From an uncultured bacterium (GTDB taxonomy: Bacteria; Patescibacteriota; Minisyncoccia; Phycocordibacterales; PALSA-1337): a stretch of 64,000 nt of DNA. Below the pieces are notes generated by a model. That model saw nothing but the letters and a program-made list of their open reading frames with translations, had not been told where the DNA came from and searched no databases. The DNA lies in the NCBI GenBank assembly GCA_963848635.1, contig CAWKEA010000005.1, positions 426,810 to 490,809 on the forward strand, written 5' to 3'. The position numbers and the translations under genes were made by a program. Of this stretch, positions 46,412 to 56,822 are shown in pieces. Every line of letters begins with the position of its first letter. Position 1 is the first letter of the stretch.

Positions 46412-48161
46412 TAACAACAAACGCCACGTTCCGTCTTCAGGATTCACTCTGGTTGAGGTCCTGGTCGGCACAGCCATTTTTCTCATCGTGGCGACTGCGG
46501 CCTATAGCGTGTTCGTCAGTCTTTTGAGACTAGCGAACGCCAGCCAGGCCGATGTTCTCGGCGTTGAATTGGCCGACGAACAATTTGAGATCATCCGCAA
46601 CATGCCGTATACGAATGTAGGTTTGACCGACGGCCTACCGCTCGGCGTCCTGCCTCAGACGCAGACTCTTGTGCGCGGCGGAGTTACTTTTACCGTGACT
46701 CTCGTCATACGCAACGAGAATCTTTCGACCTCGACAGTTCAGGCTTCGAGCAAATTGGTCGAAGTTGATGTGACCTGCAGTTCCTGCCAAGGTAGCTTCA
46801 CGCCTATTTCATTGACGGGCCAAGTATCTCCAGCCAATCTTCAGTCAGCAGGAATGGGCGGCGCGCTGACTATAAACGTATTCGACTCGAATGCTAATCC
46901 TGTCCAAGGGGCGACAGTGGTCATGCAAAGCACAGCCTCTTCGACCGTGACTGATACGGATACAACCGACGATAACGGCGTTCTCAGCATCATCGGCGTG
47001 CCCGCTGGCTATCAGACATACCGGGTGACTGCGAGCAAGTCTGGATATTCGACTGCAACCACAAGCCCCAATCTTACGATAGTCAATGGTCAGCTTACGA
47101 GCGCAAGTCTGGAGATAGACAAACTGAGCACTCTCACCATATCGAGCGTGTCGCCGACATGTTCGGCAGTGCCTAATTTCAATTTCAATCTGACAGGCAT
47201 AAAGACGTTCGCCGGCAATCCGTTGTTTTCGCAGAATCTCGCGACGAATGGAGCAGGGTCGCTTGTTTTGAATTCAATGATACCGGATACGTATACATTA
47301 CTTCCCATGAGCGGTTCAAGCTATGATATAAACGGCGTTGCCCCGTTCAGTCCATTTGTTCTCAATGCAGGCAGTTCACAGAATCTGCAATTGGTCGTCG
47401 TGCCTGCATCTGAAAACAGCCTCATGGTTTCAGTCAAAACATCTGCTGGTCTGCCGATTTCCGGTGCCAGCGTCACATTGACAGGCCCGAATGGCTATAA
47501 TCAGACGTTCGTCAGCGGCCAGGGCTATTTCGATCAAACGGATTGGTCACATGGCGCGACGCAACCCAATATTTTTTCTGATCCAAGCGCTTATGCATCA
47601 GGCAGTGGAGTTGATACGTCGACTTCGACAGGCACTATTCTTTTGTCTTGGTCTATTGGACCTAATCCGTATGGCACAAACGCGACCGGCACTCTCCAAT
47701 CTTCTATTTTTGATACAGGCACGACGAGCAACTTCTATGCCTTGAATTGGTCTCCATCAAGTCAACCCGTGCTCACAGGACAGACGCCGATACATTTTCA
47801 GTTTGCCACAGCCCCGAGCTCTACTGGGCCATGGAATTTTGTCGGACCCGACGGCACTCCTACGAGCTATTACAGCACTCCTGGAACCCAGATAAGCTTT
47901 CCAAACGGCGGCAATGAATTCGCCCGCTATATGCTTTTCATGACGACCCAGACTGCGACAGTCACTCCGAGCATCAATGATATCTCCTTTACATACACCT
48001 CAGGTTGTGTGCCGCCCGGCCAGGTTCTATTCCAGGGATTAGCAGGTGGATCTTCATATGTACTGAATATATCTAAGTCAGGATATACTACCTATACCTC
48101 CTCTCCCTTCACTGTCGTAAGCGGTTGGCAAAATCAGACAGTGCAATTGACCAATGGTTAG
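46398..48161 (+). CDS. Giant type IV pilin-like protein (prepilin leader, Ig/CarD-like beta domains)
   Basis: Class III signal: ...SSG|FTLVEVLVGTAIFLIVATAAY with Glu at +5. 587 aa. Confidence 0.7.
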   Translation: MSSNNNNKRHVPSSGFTLVEVLVGTAIFLIVATAAYSVFVSLLRLANASQADVLGVELADEQFEIIRNMPYTNVGLTDGLPLGVLPQTQTLVRGGVTFTVTLVIRNENLSTSTVQASSKLVEVDVTCSSCQGSFTPISLTGQVSPANLQSAGMGGALTINVFDSNANPVQGATVVMQSTASSTVTDTDTTDDNGVLSIIGVPAGYQTYRVTASKSGYSTATTSPNLTIVNGQLTSASLEIDKLSTLTISSVSPTCSAVPNFNFNLTGIKTFAGNPLFSQNLATNGAGSLVLNSMIPDTYTLLPMSGSSYDINGVAPFSPFVLNAGSSQNLQLVVVPASENSLMVSVKTSAGLPISGASVTLTGPNGYNQTFVSGQGYFDQTDWSHGATQPNIFSDPSAYASGSGVDTSTSTGTILLSWSIGPNPYGTNATGTLQSSIFDTGTTSNFYALNWSPSSQPVLTGQTPIHFQFATAPSSTGPWNFVGPDGTPTSYYSTPGTQISFPNGGNEFARYMLFMTTQTATVTPSINDISFTYTSGCVPPGQVLFQGLAGGSSYVLNISKSGYTTYTSSPFTVVSGWQNQTVQLTNG

Positions 48162-48214
48162 AGGACAAAATAAGGTACAATAATTCAATCAGACCGATAG
48201 TTTAGAACATAAAC

Positions 48215-48883
48215 ATGTCTAGTAAAAAAGCTAACAGCAAATACCGGATTTGTCAGCTCTCGACCGCGAGCTTCCAATTCCCGGCTTCATCCGGTTTCAC
48301 CCTCGTCGAAGTTTTCATATCGATGGCGATATTCGTAGCAGTCATGGTTGCCATCACTGCTTTTCTTGTCAATATATATTCGAACAACCGTACCATTTCT
48401 GGCTCTTTCCAAACATCTGAGGATGCCCAAGTCATATTGAAAACCATGTTGACTGAATTGCGTCAGGCTTCCACGGCATCGAACGGCGCATATCCGATCG
48501 CTTTTGCTGGCACATCTAGCATCGTTTTTTTCTCAAATGTCGACAGTGACAGCGCTATGGAAGAGGTCACTTACAGCCTCATTGGCAGTACCCTGTATCG
48601 TGCCGTAATACAACCGACTGGATCGCCCTTGACCTACAATGTCGCGAGCCAGTCCACGTCATCTCTATTGACTGATGTGAGGAATTCATCATCGACGCCA
48701 GTGTTCCAATATTACGACCAGAATTATACTGGTTCGAGCTCTCCACTGTCATTGCCGATCAATATCCCCGCGGTGCGGCTTGTAAAGATCAGTCTGGCTT
48801 TGGATGTCCTCATCAATCAAGCTCCAGTAGTGCAGACATATACGACCCAAGTCAGCTTACGGGATCTCAAAACAAACCTATGA
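48215..48883 (+). CDS. Minor type IV pilin / pseudopilin
   Basis: ...ASSG|FTLVEVFISMAIFVAVMVAI prepilin N-terminus; 222 aa. Confidence 0.65.
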   Translation: MSSKKANSKYRICQLSTASFQFPASSGFTLVEVFISMAIFVAVMVAITAFLVNIYSNNRTISGSFQTSEDAQVILKTMLTELRQASTASNGAYPIAFAGTSSIVFFSNVDSDSAMEEVTYSLIGSTLYRAVIQPTGSPLTYNVASQSTSSLLTDVRNSSSTPVFQYYDQNYTGSSSPLSLPINIPAVRLVKISLALDVLINQAPVVQTYTTQVSLRDLKTNL

Positions 48884-50445
48884 AGGATAAAGGAGACATT
48901 TTAATATCGGTCCTGATCTTTGCCGCTATCGCTGTGACGGTTCTGATAGGCTTGGTCAATTGGGGAGCGACGCTTTTGACGAATGTTCGCACGACTGATG
49001 CAAAAGAGCAGGCGTTTCAGATCGCCGAAGCCGGCGTCGACTATTACCGGTGGCATTTAGCTCAGTATCCGACAGATTATAAGGATGGCACGAGCACGCC
49101 AGGCCCGTATAACCATTCTTTTTATGACAAGAATGGCAGTCTGATCGGCGGCTATTCGCTTGCTATCACGCCGCCGCCGCTCGGTTCGACAAAGATCGTC
49201 ATTACTTCGACAGGAACGACTACCGCGAATAAGAATGTTAAAAGAATAGTCCAAGCGATCTTGGCAGAGCCTTCATGGGCGCAGTATGCCGTTGTGGCGA
49301 ACGATTACCTTCGATTCGGAGTCGGCACAGTGGTCAATGGTCCGATTACTTCAAATAAAGGCATTCATTTCGACGGCATCGCCAATAATGTCATCTCGAG
49401 CGCGATGGCAACGTATACAGATCCTGATTATGCTTCCGGTCTCAGTTGCACGGATGTCTCTTATGGTGTCCATACATGCGTCAATCCCGCTGATCCATCA
49501 CCACCTTCCCCTGCTGTCACCAATAGTGCAGTTTTTACTGCGGGCAGACAATATCCTATTCCGGCTACTGATTTTAACGGTCTCCAAGTTAATTTACAGA
49601 CGCTTTATAATAGCACTCTGTCGAATGGCGTCTGCAGTCATTCTAACAGTGTCTCTTGCTGGACTTCTTCCGGAGCACAGGGCTACCATATTGTCTTTAA
49701 AGTGAGTAATGGCAGTACGACTTATAATATGTATAAAGTAAATGCTCAGCAATCATCTCCCGATAGTTGCGGTTTCGACGCCACCGCTCTAAGCCAGACA
49801 TACCAAGGAAATAGTTCCTATTGGAATACAGGAACTAATTGGGGCACATGGAGCATAAATGGACTCACTGGATCAAGCAATCCGTCAAGCGGAGAAACAC
49901 AAATCAATGGACCAAATGCCGATCATTCATGGTCTCTTCCTACGAACGGAACTATCTTTGTTGCAGACAATCTTTGGGTCGATGGCACGGTCGATAATGC
50001 CCGATTAACGATAGCCTCTGCTAATATCGGCACCAGCAATCCGAATAGCTACACGAACATAACCGTCAATACCAATTTGAAATACACGAATTATAACGGT
50101 AATGACGTGCTCGGACTTATCGCCCAAGGAAATGTCAATGTCGGAATGGTTAGCGATAACAGTTTTGAGGTAGATGGCGCATTAATGGCAGAAAACGGTC
50201 GTGTGGGACGTTTTTATTATGATTCAAGCTGTTCTGTGCTATCGACAAATTATTCTACCCGGACGTCGCTCACATTGCTCGGAATGATTGCAACTGCCAT
50301 AAGGTATGGTTTCTCCTATACTGACGGAACCGGCTATTCGACTCGCAATATCACGTATGATGCGAATCTGCTGTATAGTCCGCCGCCGAGCTTTCCATTA
50401 GCATCGGCCCAGTATCAGATGGTCTCATGGCAACAGATACAATAA
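48880..50445 (+). CDS. PilX-N-like pilus-associated protein
   Basis: N-terminal hydrophobic helix (ILISVLIFAAIAVTVLIGLV) without a canonical G|F cleavage site; 521 aa. Overlaps the preceding pilin by 4 nt. Confidence 0.45.
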   Translation: MKDKGDILISVLIFAAIAVTVLIGLVNWGATLLTNVRTTDAKEQAFQIAEAGVDYYRWHLAQYPTDYKDGTSTPGPYNHSFYDKNGSLIGGYSLAITPPPLGSTKIVITSTGTTTANKNVKRIVQAILAEPSWAQYAVVANDYLRFGVGTVVNGPITSNKGIHFDGIANNVISSAMATYTDPDYASGLSCTDVSYGVHTCVNPADPSPPSPAVTNSAVFTAGRQYPIPATDFNGLQVNLQTLYNSTLSNGVCSHSNSVSCWTSSGAQGYHIVFKVSNGSTTYNMYKVNAQQSSPDSCGFDATALSQTYQGNSSYWNTGTNWGTWSINGLTGSSNPSSGETQINGPNADHSWSLPTNGTIFVADNLWVDGTVDNARLTIASANIGTSNPNSYTNITVNTNLKYTNYNGNDVLGLIAQGNVNVGMVSDNSFEVDGALMAENGRVGRFYYDSSCSVLSTNYSTRTSLTLLGMIATAIRYGFSYTDGTGYSTRNITYDANLLYSPPPSFPLASAQYQMVSWQQIQ

Positions 50446-50490
50446 AAAGTTCTTCCTTTCTTTTCCTTTCTCCCGTATACTTATCCCATC

Positions 50491-51270
50491 ATGGCCTCAA
50501 AATCAAAGATTCTCCTTGTCGGCAACTGGAAGATGAATCCGTCACGGATCGTAGATGCGCGGAACATCATCGCTGAATATAAAAAAATATCGCTGAAGCT
50601 CGAACGGACATCTATCGTCGCTTGCCCGCCTTTCGTCTACATCTCAGTTGCGATGCCGGTAAAAAACAGACAAAAGAATCCCGCACGAATCTCTATTGGC
50701 GCGCAGGACGTCTCTTTTGAGAGCGAGGGAGCTTTCACAGGGGAAGTGAGCACAAAGATGCTCCGTGATATGGGCGTTTCCTATGTGATCATCGGTCACT
50801 CGGAGCGCAGAAGGGCGGGCGAAACGGACGAAGTCGTATCAAAAAAGGCCGCCGCCGCCGCTTCTTCTGGCTTGTATCCGATCGTCTGCATCGGTGAAGC
50901 AGTGCATGACGTTGATGGTGCGTATCTCGGAATGATACGGGAACAATTGAAGAATTCCTTGGCTGGCATCCCAAAATCGGCGTTTTCGAGGGTGATAATC
51001 GCGTATGAACCCATTTGGGCGATAGGCGCCAAGGAAGCAATGAAACCGGAGCATATCCGCGAGACAGCTATTTTCATAAAAAAGACAGTTGTAGATCTTT
51101 TTGGACGCGATGCTGGACTTGAACTGCCGGTTATTTATGGCGGTTCCGTCAATTGGCGCAATGCGAGCGATATAGTCCGCGAGGGCGGCATACAAGGCTT
51201 CCTCGTCGGCAGGGAAAGCGTGAATGTGCCAGGTTTTGTCGAATTAGCAAAAGCAGTCGACGAGGCTTAG
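50491..51270 (+). CDS. tpiA: Triosephosphate isomerase
   Basis: VGNWKMN, IIGHSERR, AYEPIWAIG, IYGGSV motifs. Confidence 0.85.
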   Translation: MASKSKILLVGNWKMNPSRIVDARNIIAEYKKISLKLERTSIVACPPFVYISVAMPVKNRQKNPARISIGAQDVSFESEGAFTGEVSTKMLRDMGVSYVIIGHSERRRAGETDEVVSKKAAAAASSGLYPIVCIGEAVHDVDGAYLGMIREQLKNSLAGIPKSAFSRVIIAYEPIWAIGAKEAMKPEHIRETAIFIKKTVVDLFGRDAGLELPVIYGGSVNWRNASDIVREGGIQGFLVGRESVNVPGFVELAKAVDEA

Positions 51271-51291
51271 ACGGCGGACAGTAAAAATAGG

Positions 51292-52437
51292 ATGAAAACC
51301 ATCGACCAAGCGAGTATAAAAAGGAGCGTCCGCGTGCTTCTGCGGGCTGATTTCAATGTCGCTGTACAGGACGGCAAGGTAGTCGATGATTTTAGGATAC
51401 GGAAGACGATCCCGACGCTCGATTTTCTGATGAAAAGCAATGCAAATGTAGTCATTGTCAGTCATATAGAGAATGCCGCTGGCGTCGGAGGGGTGGCGAC
51501 CTTGAAGCCTGTCGCCAGAGCATTGAATGATCTTGGATTCAAATGCCAGTTCGCCGAGACGATAGAATCAGCGGCCCAAAAATCGTCTGAACAGGAAACA
51601 GGCTTCATCCTGCTCGAAAACATAAGGAATTATCCAGGCGAAACGGCAAATGATCCGTCGTTCTCAAAACAGCTTGCCGCGCTCGGGGACATCTATGTCA
51701 ATGACGCATTCTCCGTGTCGCATCGCTCTCATGCCTCGATCGTCGGCGTGCCAAAGATTTTGCCGCATTTTGCCGGCTTCCAGTTCGCGCTTGAAGTAGA
51801 AAATCTGTCGAAAGCTTTCGATCCTTCGCACCCTTTCCTTTTTATCCTCGGTGGGGCGAAATTCGAGACAAAATTACCGCTGGTGCAGAGGTTCTTGGAC
51901 AAAGCAGACGACATATTCATTGGCGGCGCCCTGGCCAACGATTTTTTCAAGGCAAAAGGATACGAATCCGGCCGTTCTATGGTTTCTTCGTCAAAGATAG
52001 ACTTTGACGGGCTTCTTTCTGATAAAAAGATACTTTTACCAATGGACGTTGTTGTCGATGGCGGCATAGTAAAAGTGACCGAGCCCGACAAAGTGTCCGT
52101 CGACGAAAAAATACTCGACGCCGGTCCAAAGACGCTTGCCATGTTGGAAGAAAAGACAAAAGCGGCGAGATTCATCCTATGGAATGGCCCTCTCGGCAAT
52201 TATGAGAACGGCTACAAGGAGCCGACGCACGAATTGGCGCGGATGATCGCCCGGGCGACAAAAAATGGAGCCGAGTCCATCATCGGCGGAGGCGATACGC
52301 TTGCCGCGATCGCTGAATTGAAGGAAAAAACCGGCGAGTCGCTTGAGGATTCATTCACTTTTGTTTCGACAGGCGGCGGCGCCATGCTGGATTTTCTTGC
52401 CAAGGGGACTCTGCCCGGGATCGATGCTCTCGATTGA
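51292..52437 (+). CDS. pgk: Phosphoglycerate kinase
   Basis: LLENIRNYPGE, FILGGAKF, IIGGGDTLAAI motifs. Ends on TGA, showing TGA is a stop in this genome. Confidence 0.85.
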   Translation: MKTIDQASIKRSVRVLLRADFNVAVQDGKVVDDFRIRKTIPTLDFLMKSNANVVIVSHIENAAGVGGVATLKPVARALNDLGFKCQFAETIESAAQKSSEQETGFILLENIRNYPGETANDPSFSKQLAALGDIYVNDAFSVSHRSHASIVGVPKILPHFAGFQFALEVENLSKAFDPSHPFLFILGGAKFETKLPLVQRFLDKADDIFIGGALANDFFKAKGYESGRSMVSSSKIDFDGLLSDKKILLPMDVVVDGGIVKVTEPDKVSVDEKILDAGPKTLAMLEEKTKAARFILWNGPLGNYENGYKEPTHELARMIARATKNGAESIIGGGDTLAAIAELKEKTGESLEDSFTFVSTGGGAMLDFLAKGTLPGIDALD

Positions 52438-52529
52438 TTTTCTCTCGACGGGTATAGTATCGCCGGACTCAGCCTTTGATGATGTGTCGCACGTTGACTG
52501 ATCCAATCTATGAAAAAAGAATCATAGAA

Positions 52530-52557
52530 GCCGCTTTGCACCGAGCGGCTTTATTTT
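52530..52557. terminator. Bidirectional terminator between pgk and the HIT-family gene
   Basis: gccgct-ttgcaccg-agcggc followed by tttatttt. Confidence 0.5.
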
Positions 52558-52913
52558 AAATTATCGGCTATCTTTTTCTTGTTGCCGTCAAAATCCGTCT
52601 TATTGCCCTTAGCCTTGTCGCTCGGAAAGACCCAGATATGCGCGTGATGCACGTCTTCGCCGACGACTTTGCTCAGAATGAAGTCGGTACCAAAAGCTTT
52701 TTTCTGCGCCAGAGCGATTTTCTTCACGACCTCAAAATATGCGCCGGCATTCGGAACGTCCCAGACCCAGCGGTAATGCGTTTTTGGTATGACAAGCGCG
52801 TGGCCCGGCGATTGCGGCCGGATGTCGAGGAACGCCAAAAAATCGGCGTCTTCATATACTATGTGGCCCGGGATTTCTTTTTTTACTATTTTGCAGAAAA
52901 TACAATCATCCAT
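52551..52913 (-). CDS. HIT-family (histidine triad) hydrolase
   Basis: CIFCKI...HALVIPK...HHAHIWVFP histidine triad. Confidence 0.75.
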   Translation of the reverse strand: MDDCIFCKIVKKEIPGHIVYEDADFLAFLDIRPQSPGHALVIPKTHYRWVWDVPNAGAYFEVVKKIALAQKKAFGTDFILSKVVGEDVHHAHIWVFPSDKAKGNKTDFDGNKKKIADNLK

Positions 52914-53041
52914 GCGGATATTTTATCAGAAAAGCAAAGGCGTTACTATGTCGATCCAGCTTTGTCTTCATCAGTCGGGATTTTTTAATAGTTCAATGAA
53001 TCTTTTCGATCTAACCTCTGGGGGCATGATATAATCGCGGA

Positions 53042-54793
53042 ATGAAATATTCTCTCCGGCCCGAGATCCCGGCTCAAACGCGCGCACAGCTTGCGGAATA
53101 TTCGGATCTGTCGGCGCGGCTTTTGCATAGTCGAGGCATTTTCTCAGCCGAATCGGCTCGGAATTTTCTCGTGCCTGATTTTGAGGCTCGTTCACACGAC
53201 CCATTCCTTTTGAAAGATGCCGAGAAGGCCGCCGATAGGATCATTCTTGCCATAGAAAAAGGCCAAAAGATAGTCATATACAGCGATTATGACACTGATG
53301 GAATTCCGGCCGGAGCCATGCTCCATGATTTTTTCAAAAGGATCGGCTATGACAATTTCTATAATTATATCCCGCATCGGCACGATGAAGGGTTTGGTTT
53401 GAATGGCCCGGCGATGCTCGAGATAGCCGAAAACGGCGCAAAGCTGGTCGTCACTCTCGATTGCGGCATAACCGACGTCGGTCCGGTCGAGCTCGCGAAC
53501 GATCATGGGGTGGATGTCATTATTACCGATCATCATACGCCTCCAGCCGAATTGCCCAAAGCGTTTGCTATCGTGGATCCAAAGCAAAACGATTGCCCGT
53601 ATCCCGACAAGGATCTCTGTGGCGCGGGCGTCGGCTGGAAGCTCATACAGGCGGTCTTGAAAAAGAAAAGATTCGGCCTCAAAGATGGCCACGAAAAATG
53701 GTTTCTCGACATGGTCGGCATTGCTACTTTGTCCGATATGGTTCCTTTGACCGGAGAAAATCGCGTTCTTGCGTACTACGGTCTGGCTGTCCTGCGAAAA
53801 TCGCCACGGAAAGGCCTCGTACAGCTTTTGAAGAAGATAGGAGTCAGGCAAAAAGACATCATCGAGGACGATGTCGGTTTTTCCATCGCTCCTCGTATCA
53901 ATGCCGCCTCTAGGATGGGCGTGCCGATGGATGCTTTCTCGCTTCTCGTCGCAGATGATGAACATGAAGCGGAGCGCCTTGCAGAGCACCTCGATGCTAT
54001 AAACGATGAACGAAAGGGAGCCGTCGCTTCGCTCGTTAAAGACGTGAAAAGGAAGATACGGGAGAGGTACGGAGATCAGTCGCGCGATGGATCTCTGATC
54101 CCGAACGTCCTTGTGTTGGGCAGTCCGAATTGGAGGCCGTCCCTGCTCGGCCTTGCGGCGAATACATGCGCCGATGAATTCGACCGACCGGTGTTTCTCT
54201 GGGGCCGTGACGGAGACGGATTGTACAAAGGTTCCTGTCGCGCGGGAAATGTTAGTAGCATCCACTTAGTCGAGCTCATGACTGCCGTGCCAGCTCTAAC
54301 GTTCGCTCAGTTCGGAGGGCACACGGGGGCCGGGGGATTCACTGTCAGCAAGGAGATTGTCTTTGACCTCGAAAAGATACTGAACACAGCATATGAGAAT
54401 CTGAGGTCAAAAGCCGATCAAGATCCATTAAACCATGAAGAAAAAGATACGAGCCTCGTCGACGGCATATTCAAGACAGATGACATAACATGGAGGCTTT
54501 ATGACGAAGTCAACAAATTCGCGCCATTTGGCACCGGAAATCCCAAGCCTGTTTTTATACTGCATGATGCGGTGATCGCCGAGGTCAAACATTTTGGCAA
54601 GGAAAAGAACCATCTCGAGCTGTTATTGGAAAAACAGGGCGGCCGTCTTTCGGCCATCGCTTTTTTCAAGAAATCAGCGGATTTTGGCGCAGATCTTGGT
54701 GTCGGCAAACGAGTCTCTGTCATAGGCACTCTGGAAAGATCGACATTCAAGCGAAATCCGGAGTTGCGGATTCGAATCGTTGATGTACTATAG
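53042..54793 (+). CDS. recJ: Single-stranded-DNA-specific exonuclease RecJ
   Basis: DHH motifs (IYSDYDTDG, ITDHH), DHHA1 domain, C-terminal OB-like region. Confidence 0.8.
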   Translation: MKYSLRPEIPAQTRAQLAEYSDLSARLLHSRGIFSAESARNFLVPDFEARSHDPFLLKDAEKAADRIILAIEKGQKIVIYSDYDTDGIPAGAMLHDFFKRIGYDNFYNYIPHRHDEGFGLNGPAMLEIAENGAKLVVTLDCGITDVGPVELANDHGVDVIITDHHTPPAELPKAFAIVDPKQNDCPYPDKDLCGAGVGWKLIQAVLKKKRFGLKDGHEKWFLDMVGIATLSDMVPLTGENRVLAYYGLAVLRKSPRKGLVQLLKKIGVRQKDIIEDDVGFSIAPRINAASRMGVPMDAFSLLVADDEHEAERLAEHLDAINDERKGAVASLVKDVKRKIRERYGDQSRDGSLIPNVLVLGSPNWRPSLLGLAANTCADEFDRPVFLWGRDGDGLYKGSCRAGNVSSIHLVELMTAVPALTFAQFGGHTGAGGFTVSKEIVFDLEKILNTAYENLRSKADQDPLNHEEKDTSLVDGIFKTDDITWRLYDEVNKFAPFGTGNPKPVFILHDAVIAEVKHFGKEKNHLELLLEKQGGRLSAIAFFKKSADFGADLGVGKRVSVIGTLERSTFKRNPELRIRIVDVL

Positions 54794-54843
54794 AGTAAAC
54801 ATCAAAGTTTCGTGCGATTCTTTGAAAAAAGAAAGGAAAAAAT

Positions 54844-55074
54844 ATGACTGAAGGCTTCTTCAAGATGCAGATCAGCTCGTTTCTCCATGTGATAGCCATA
54901 AATACCGATCCGACTATCAGCACAGAGAGTGTGCCGGATATAGTGAAGCATATCTCCTCCCGGGTCGCTCTCAAGCCGGAAAAAGACCGATCGCCTCTGC
55001 CGCATGGCAATCTGAGGATCTCTACGCTCGCTCGCTGGTTCAAGGACAACCAAATGCCCGACGCTTCATCATGA
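54844..55074 (+). CDS. Hypothetical small protein (76 aa)
   Basis: aaaGGAaaaaatATG RBS, and a hairpin plus T-run just after the stop (about 55075-55113). Confidence 0.3.
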   Translation: MTEGFFKMQISSFLHVIAINTDPTISTESVPDIVKHISSRVALKPEKDRSPLPHGNLRISTLARWFKDNQMPDASS

Positions 55075-55173
55075 CGCCCTCTTGAAACCTTCAAAAGTTT
55101 CGGGGGGCGTTTTTTCCTTTCATTTTTTCCTTGCTCTTGAAAAACATCGAAAAAAATGCCAGTATCAATGGTA

Positions 55174-55260
55174 TGGATGGGTGCCAGAGCGGTCTAATGG
55201 AACAGTCTTGAAAACTGTCGTCCTCGCAAGGGGACCGTGAGTTCGAATCTCACCCCATCC
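55174..55260 (+). tRNA. tRNA-Ser(TGA)
   Basis: Class II tRNA: acceptor GGATGGG/CCCATCC, anticodon arm ACAGT-CTTGAAA-ACTGT, long variable arm, T-arm GTGAG-TTCGAAT-CTCAC, discriminator G; 87 nt. Confidence 0.85.
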
Positions 55261-55423
55261 GCCCCGTAGGATTATCGTGGTAGTTTGCTACCAGATTGAA
55301 TGGAGAACGCAAGGAAAAATCAAGGTTTTTTCCGTCCAAGGTGCAGTTCTGAAGTAGAAAGCTCAAAAGTGGGTCTATGCTGTCGTCGCCATTGTTTCTT
55401 TTGCTGAAGGGCCAATTCTGGCA

Positions 55424-55927
55424 ATGCTCTGCGGCGTTCTGTATAAACTCGGAATGGTACCGTTTACACCGCTTTATATAGCGCTCATGATCGGTGATCT
55501 TTTTGGCGATGCGTTCTGGTATTGGATCGGCTATTATTTTGGACATCCGTTCATTAAACGTTTCGGAAAGTTCTTTAGTCCGTCAGAGTCCGGTGTAGCG
55601 TCAGTCACCCGCGTATTTCATAAGTATAAAAATCATATCTTGATACTATCAAAGATGACCATGGGGCTCGGATTTGCTTTGGTCACTCTGGTTACCGCTG
55701 GTATTGTCAAAGTCCCTTTCAGACGCTACATATTCCTCAATTTCATCGGCCAATTCTTTTGGACTGCTTTTCTTATGGTCGTTGGATACTATCTCGGTAA
55801 TCTATATATCAAAATTAACGGTGTTTTAGGGATTCTGTTCGTCGCGGCAATCCTTGTTGTGGTATTCCTTGGTCTTGTTGGTTGGGGCAAGTATATGCGA
55901 GAAAAAATGTCTAAAGCTATCCAATAG
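55424..55927 (+). CDS. DedA-family membrane protein, N-terminus possibly truncated
   Basis: Hydrophobic DedA-like helices. The conserved frame extends upstream to 55363 (KAQKWVYAVVAIVSFAEGPILA) with no start codon, and the usual N-terminal PGE/PGD motif region is absent. tRNA-Ser lies just upstream. Confidence 0.45.
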   Translation: MLCGVLYKLGMVPFTPLYIALMIGDLFGDAFWYWIGYYFGHPFIKRFGKFFSPSESGVASVTRVFHKYKNHILILSKMTMGLGFALVTLVTAGIVKVPFRRYIFLNFIGQFFWTAFLMVVGYYLGNLYIKINGVLGILFVAAILVVVFLGLVGWGKYMREKMSKAIQ

Positions 55928-55990
55928 GTAGATATGTTATAAACATATATGTTTGTCTATGTTATGCTATCGTATGATACAATAATCACC

Positions 55991-56800
55991 ATGAAAGTAG
56001 TATCAGCAAGACTAGCTTTATCTGCGGAAGCTATCAACTCTAACAGACAAAAAAGCAAAGGTTTTACCTTGATAGAATTGCTTGTGGTCCTTTCCATTGT
56101 AGGTCTTTTGTCGACTATCATATTGGTGGCATTGCAGGGAGCGAGAGGCAAGGGAAAGATCGCAAGCGGTCAGGAGTTTGCAAATAATGTCTATCATCTA
56201 TTAGGCACCTCGGTCGTCGGTATGTGGAATTTCGATGAAGGGGCTGGTACTGTCTCAACAGATCAATCCGGCAATGGGAATACCGCCACTGGTATACCTT
56301 CTGGATCATGGGTGACAGGTTTAAACGGCAGAGCGATATCTCTTCTATCCGGACAGTCAGTAACTCTTGGCGCAACGGGCGCCTATTCTTCCCCGTCATT
56401 CACTATCTCCATGTGGATTAAAAATACCAGTCTCAATGCCGGCGGTTTTTTCAATAATATTATTATGGGCATAGAGAATTATAATACATGTGGTTTTCGC
56501 ATGGGTCTTACAGCCACAGGACAGCCGGAAATTACGATGGGGCAGTCTGGCGGTACTTTTGCGCTCACGTCGAGTGTGCCTATAGGTTCGGATAGGTTTT
56601 ATAACGTAGTGTTTACCTACAATAATTCGACGCAGACTGGCTCGTTCTTTGTCGATGGAAATGCCGCTGGTTCTGCTACAGGCACATATATGCCATGTGG
56701 ATCAGGTTTCGTCCTATCGCTGAACGGAGGAATCGGCGGCACAAATTCCAGTAATAGCATTTTTGATGAGGTCAGATACTATAACGCAAATTTCCAATAG
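55991..56800 (+). CDS. Type IV pilin-like protein with LamG (concanavalin-like) domain
   Basis: ...KSKG|FTLIELLVVLSIVGLL prepilin N-terminus. C-terminal ...SIFDEVRYYNANFQ LamG signature. Confidence 0.65.
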   Translation: MKVVSARLALSAEAINSNRQKSKGFTLIELLVVLSIVGLLSTIILVALQGARGKGKIASGQEFANNVYHLLGTSVVGMWNFDEGAGTVSTDQSGNGNTATGIPSGSWVTGLNGRAISLLSGQSVTLGATGAYSSPSFTISMWIKNTSLNAGGFFNNIIMGIENYNTCGFRMGLTATGQPEITMGQSGGTFALTSSVPIGSDRFYNVVFTYNNSTQTGSFFVDGNAAGSATGTYMPCGSGFVLSLNGGIGGTNSSNSIFDEVRYYNANFQ

Positions 56801-56822
56801 CGTATACTGACTAATACCGCCA

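Noticed and set aside
53192-54265. 357-aa ORF on the minus strand
   Set aside because: Entirely antisense to recJ, which has clear DHH/DHHA1 motifs. No RBS or recognisable motifs. Typical shadow ORF.
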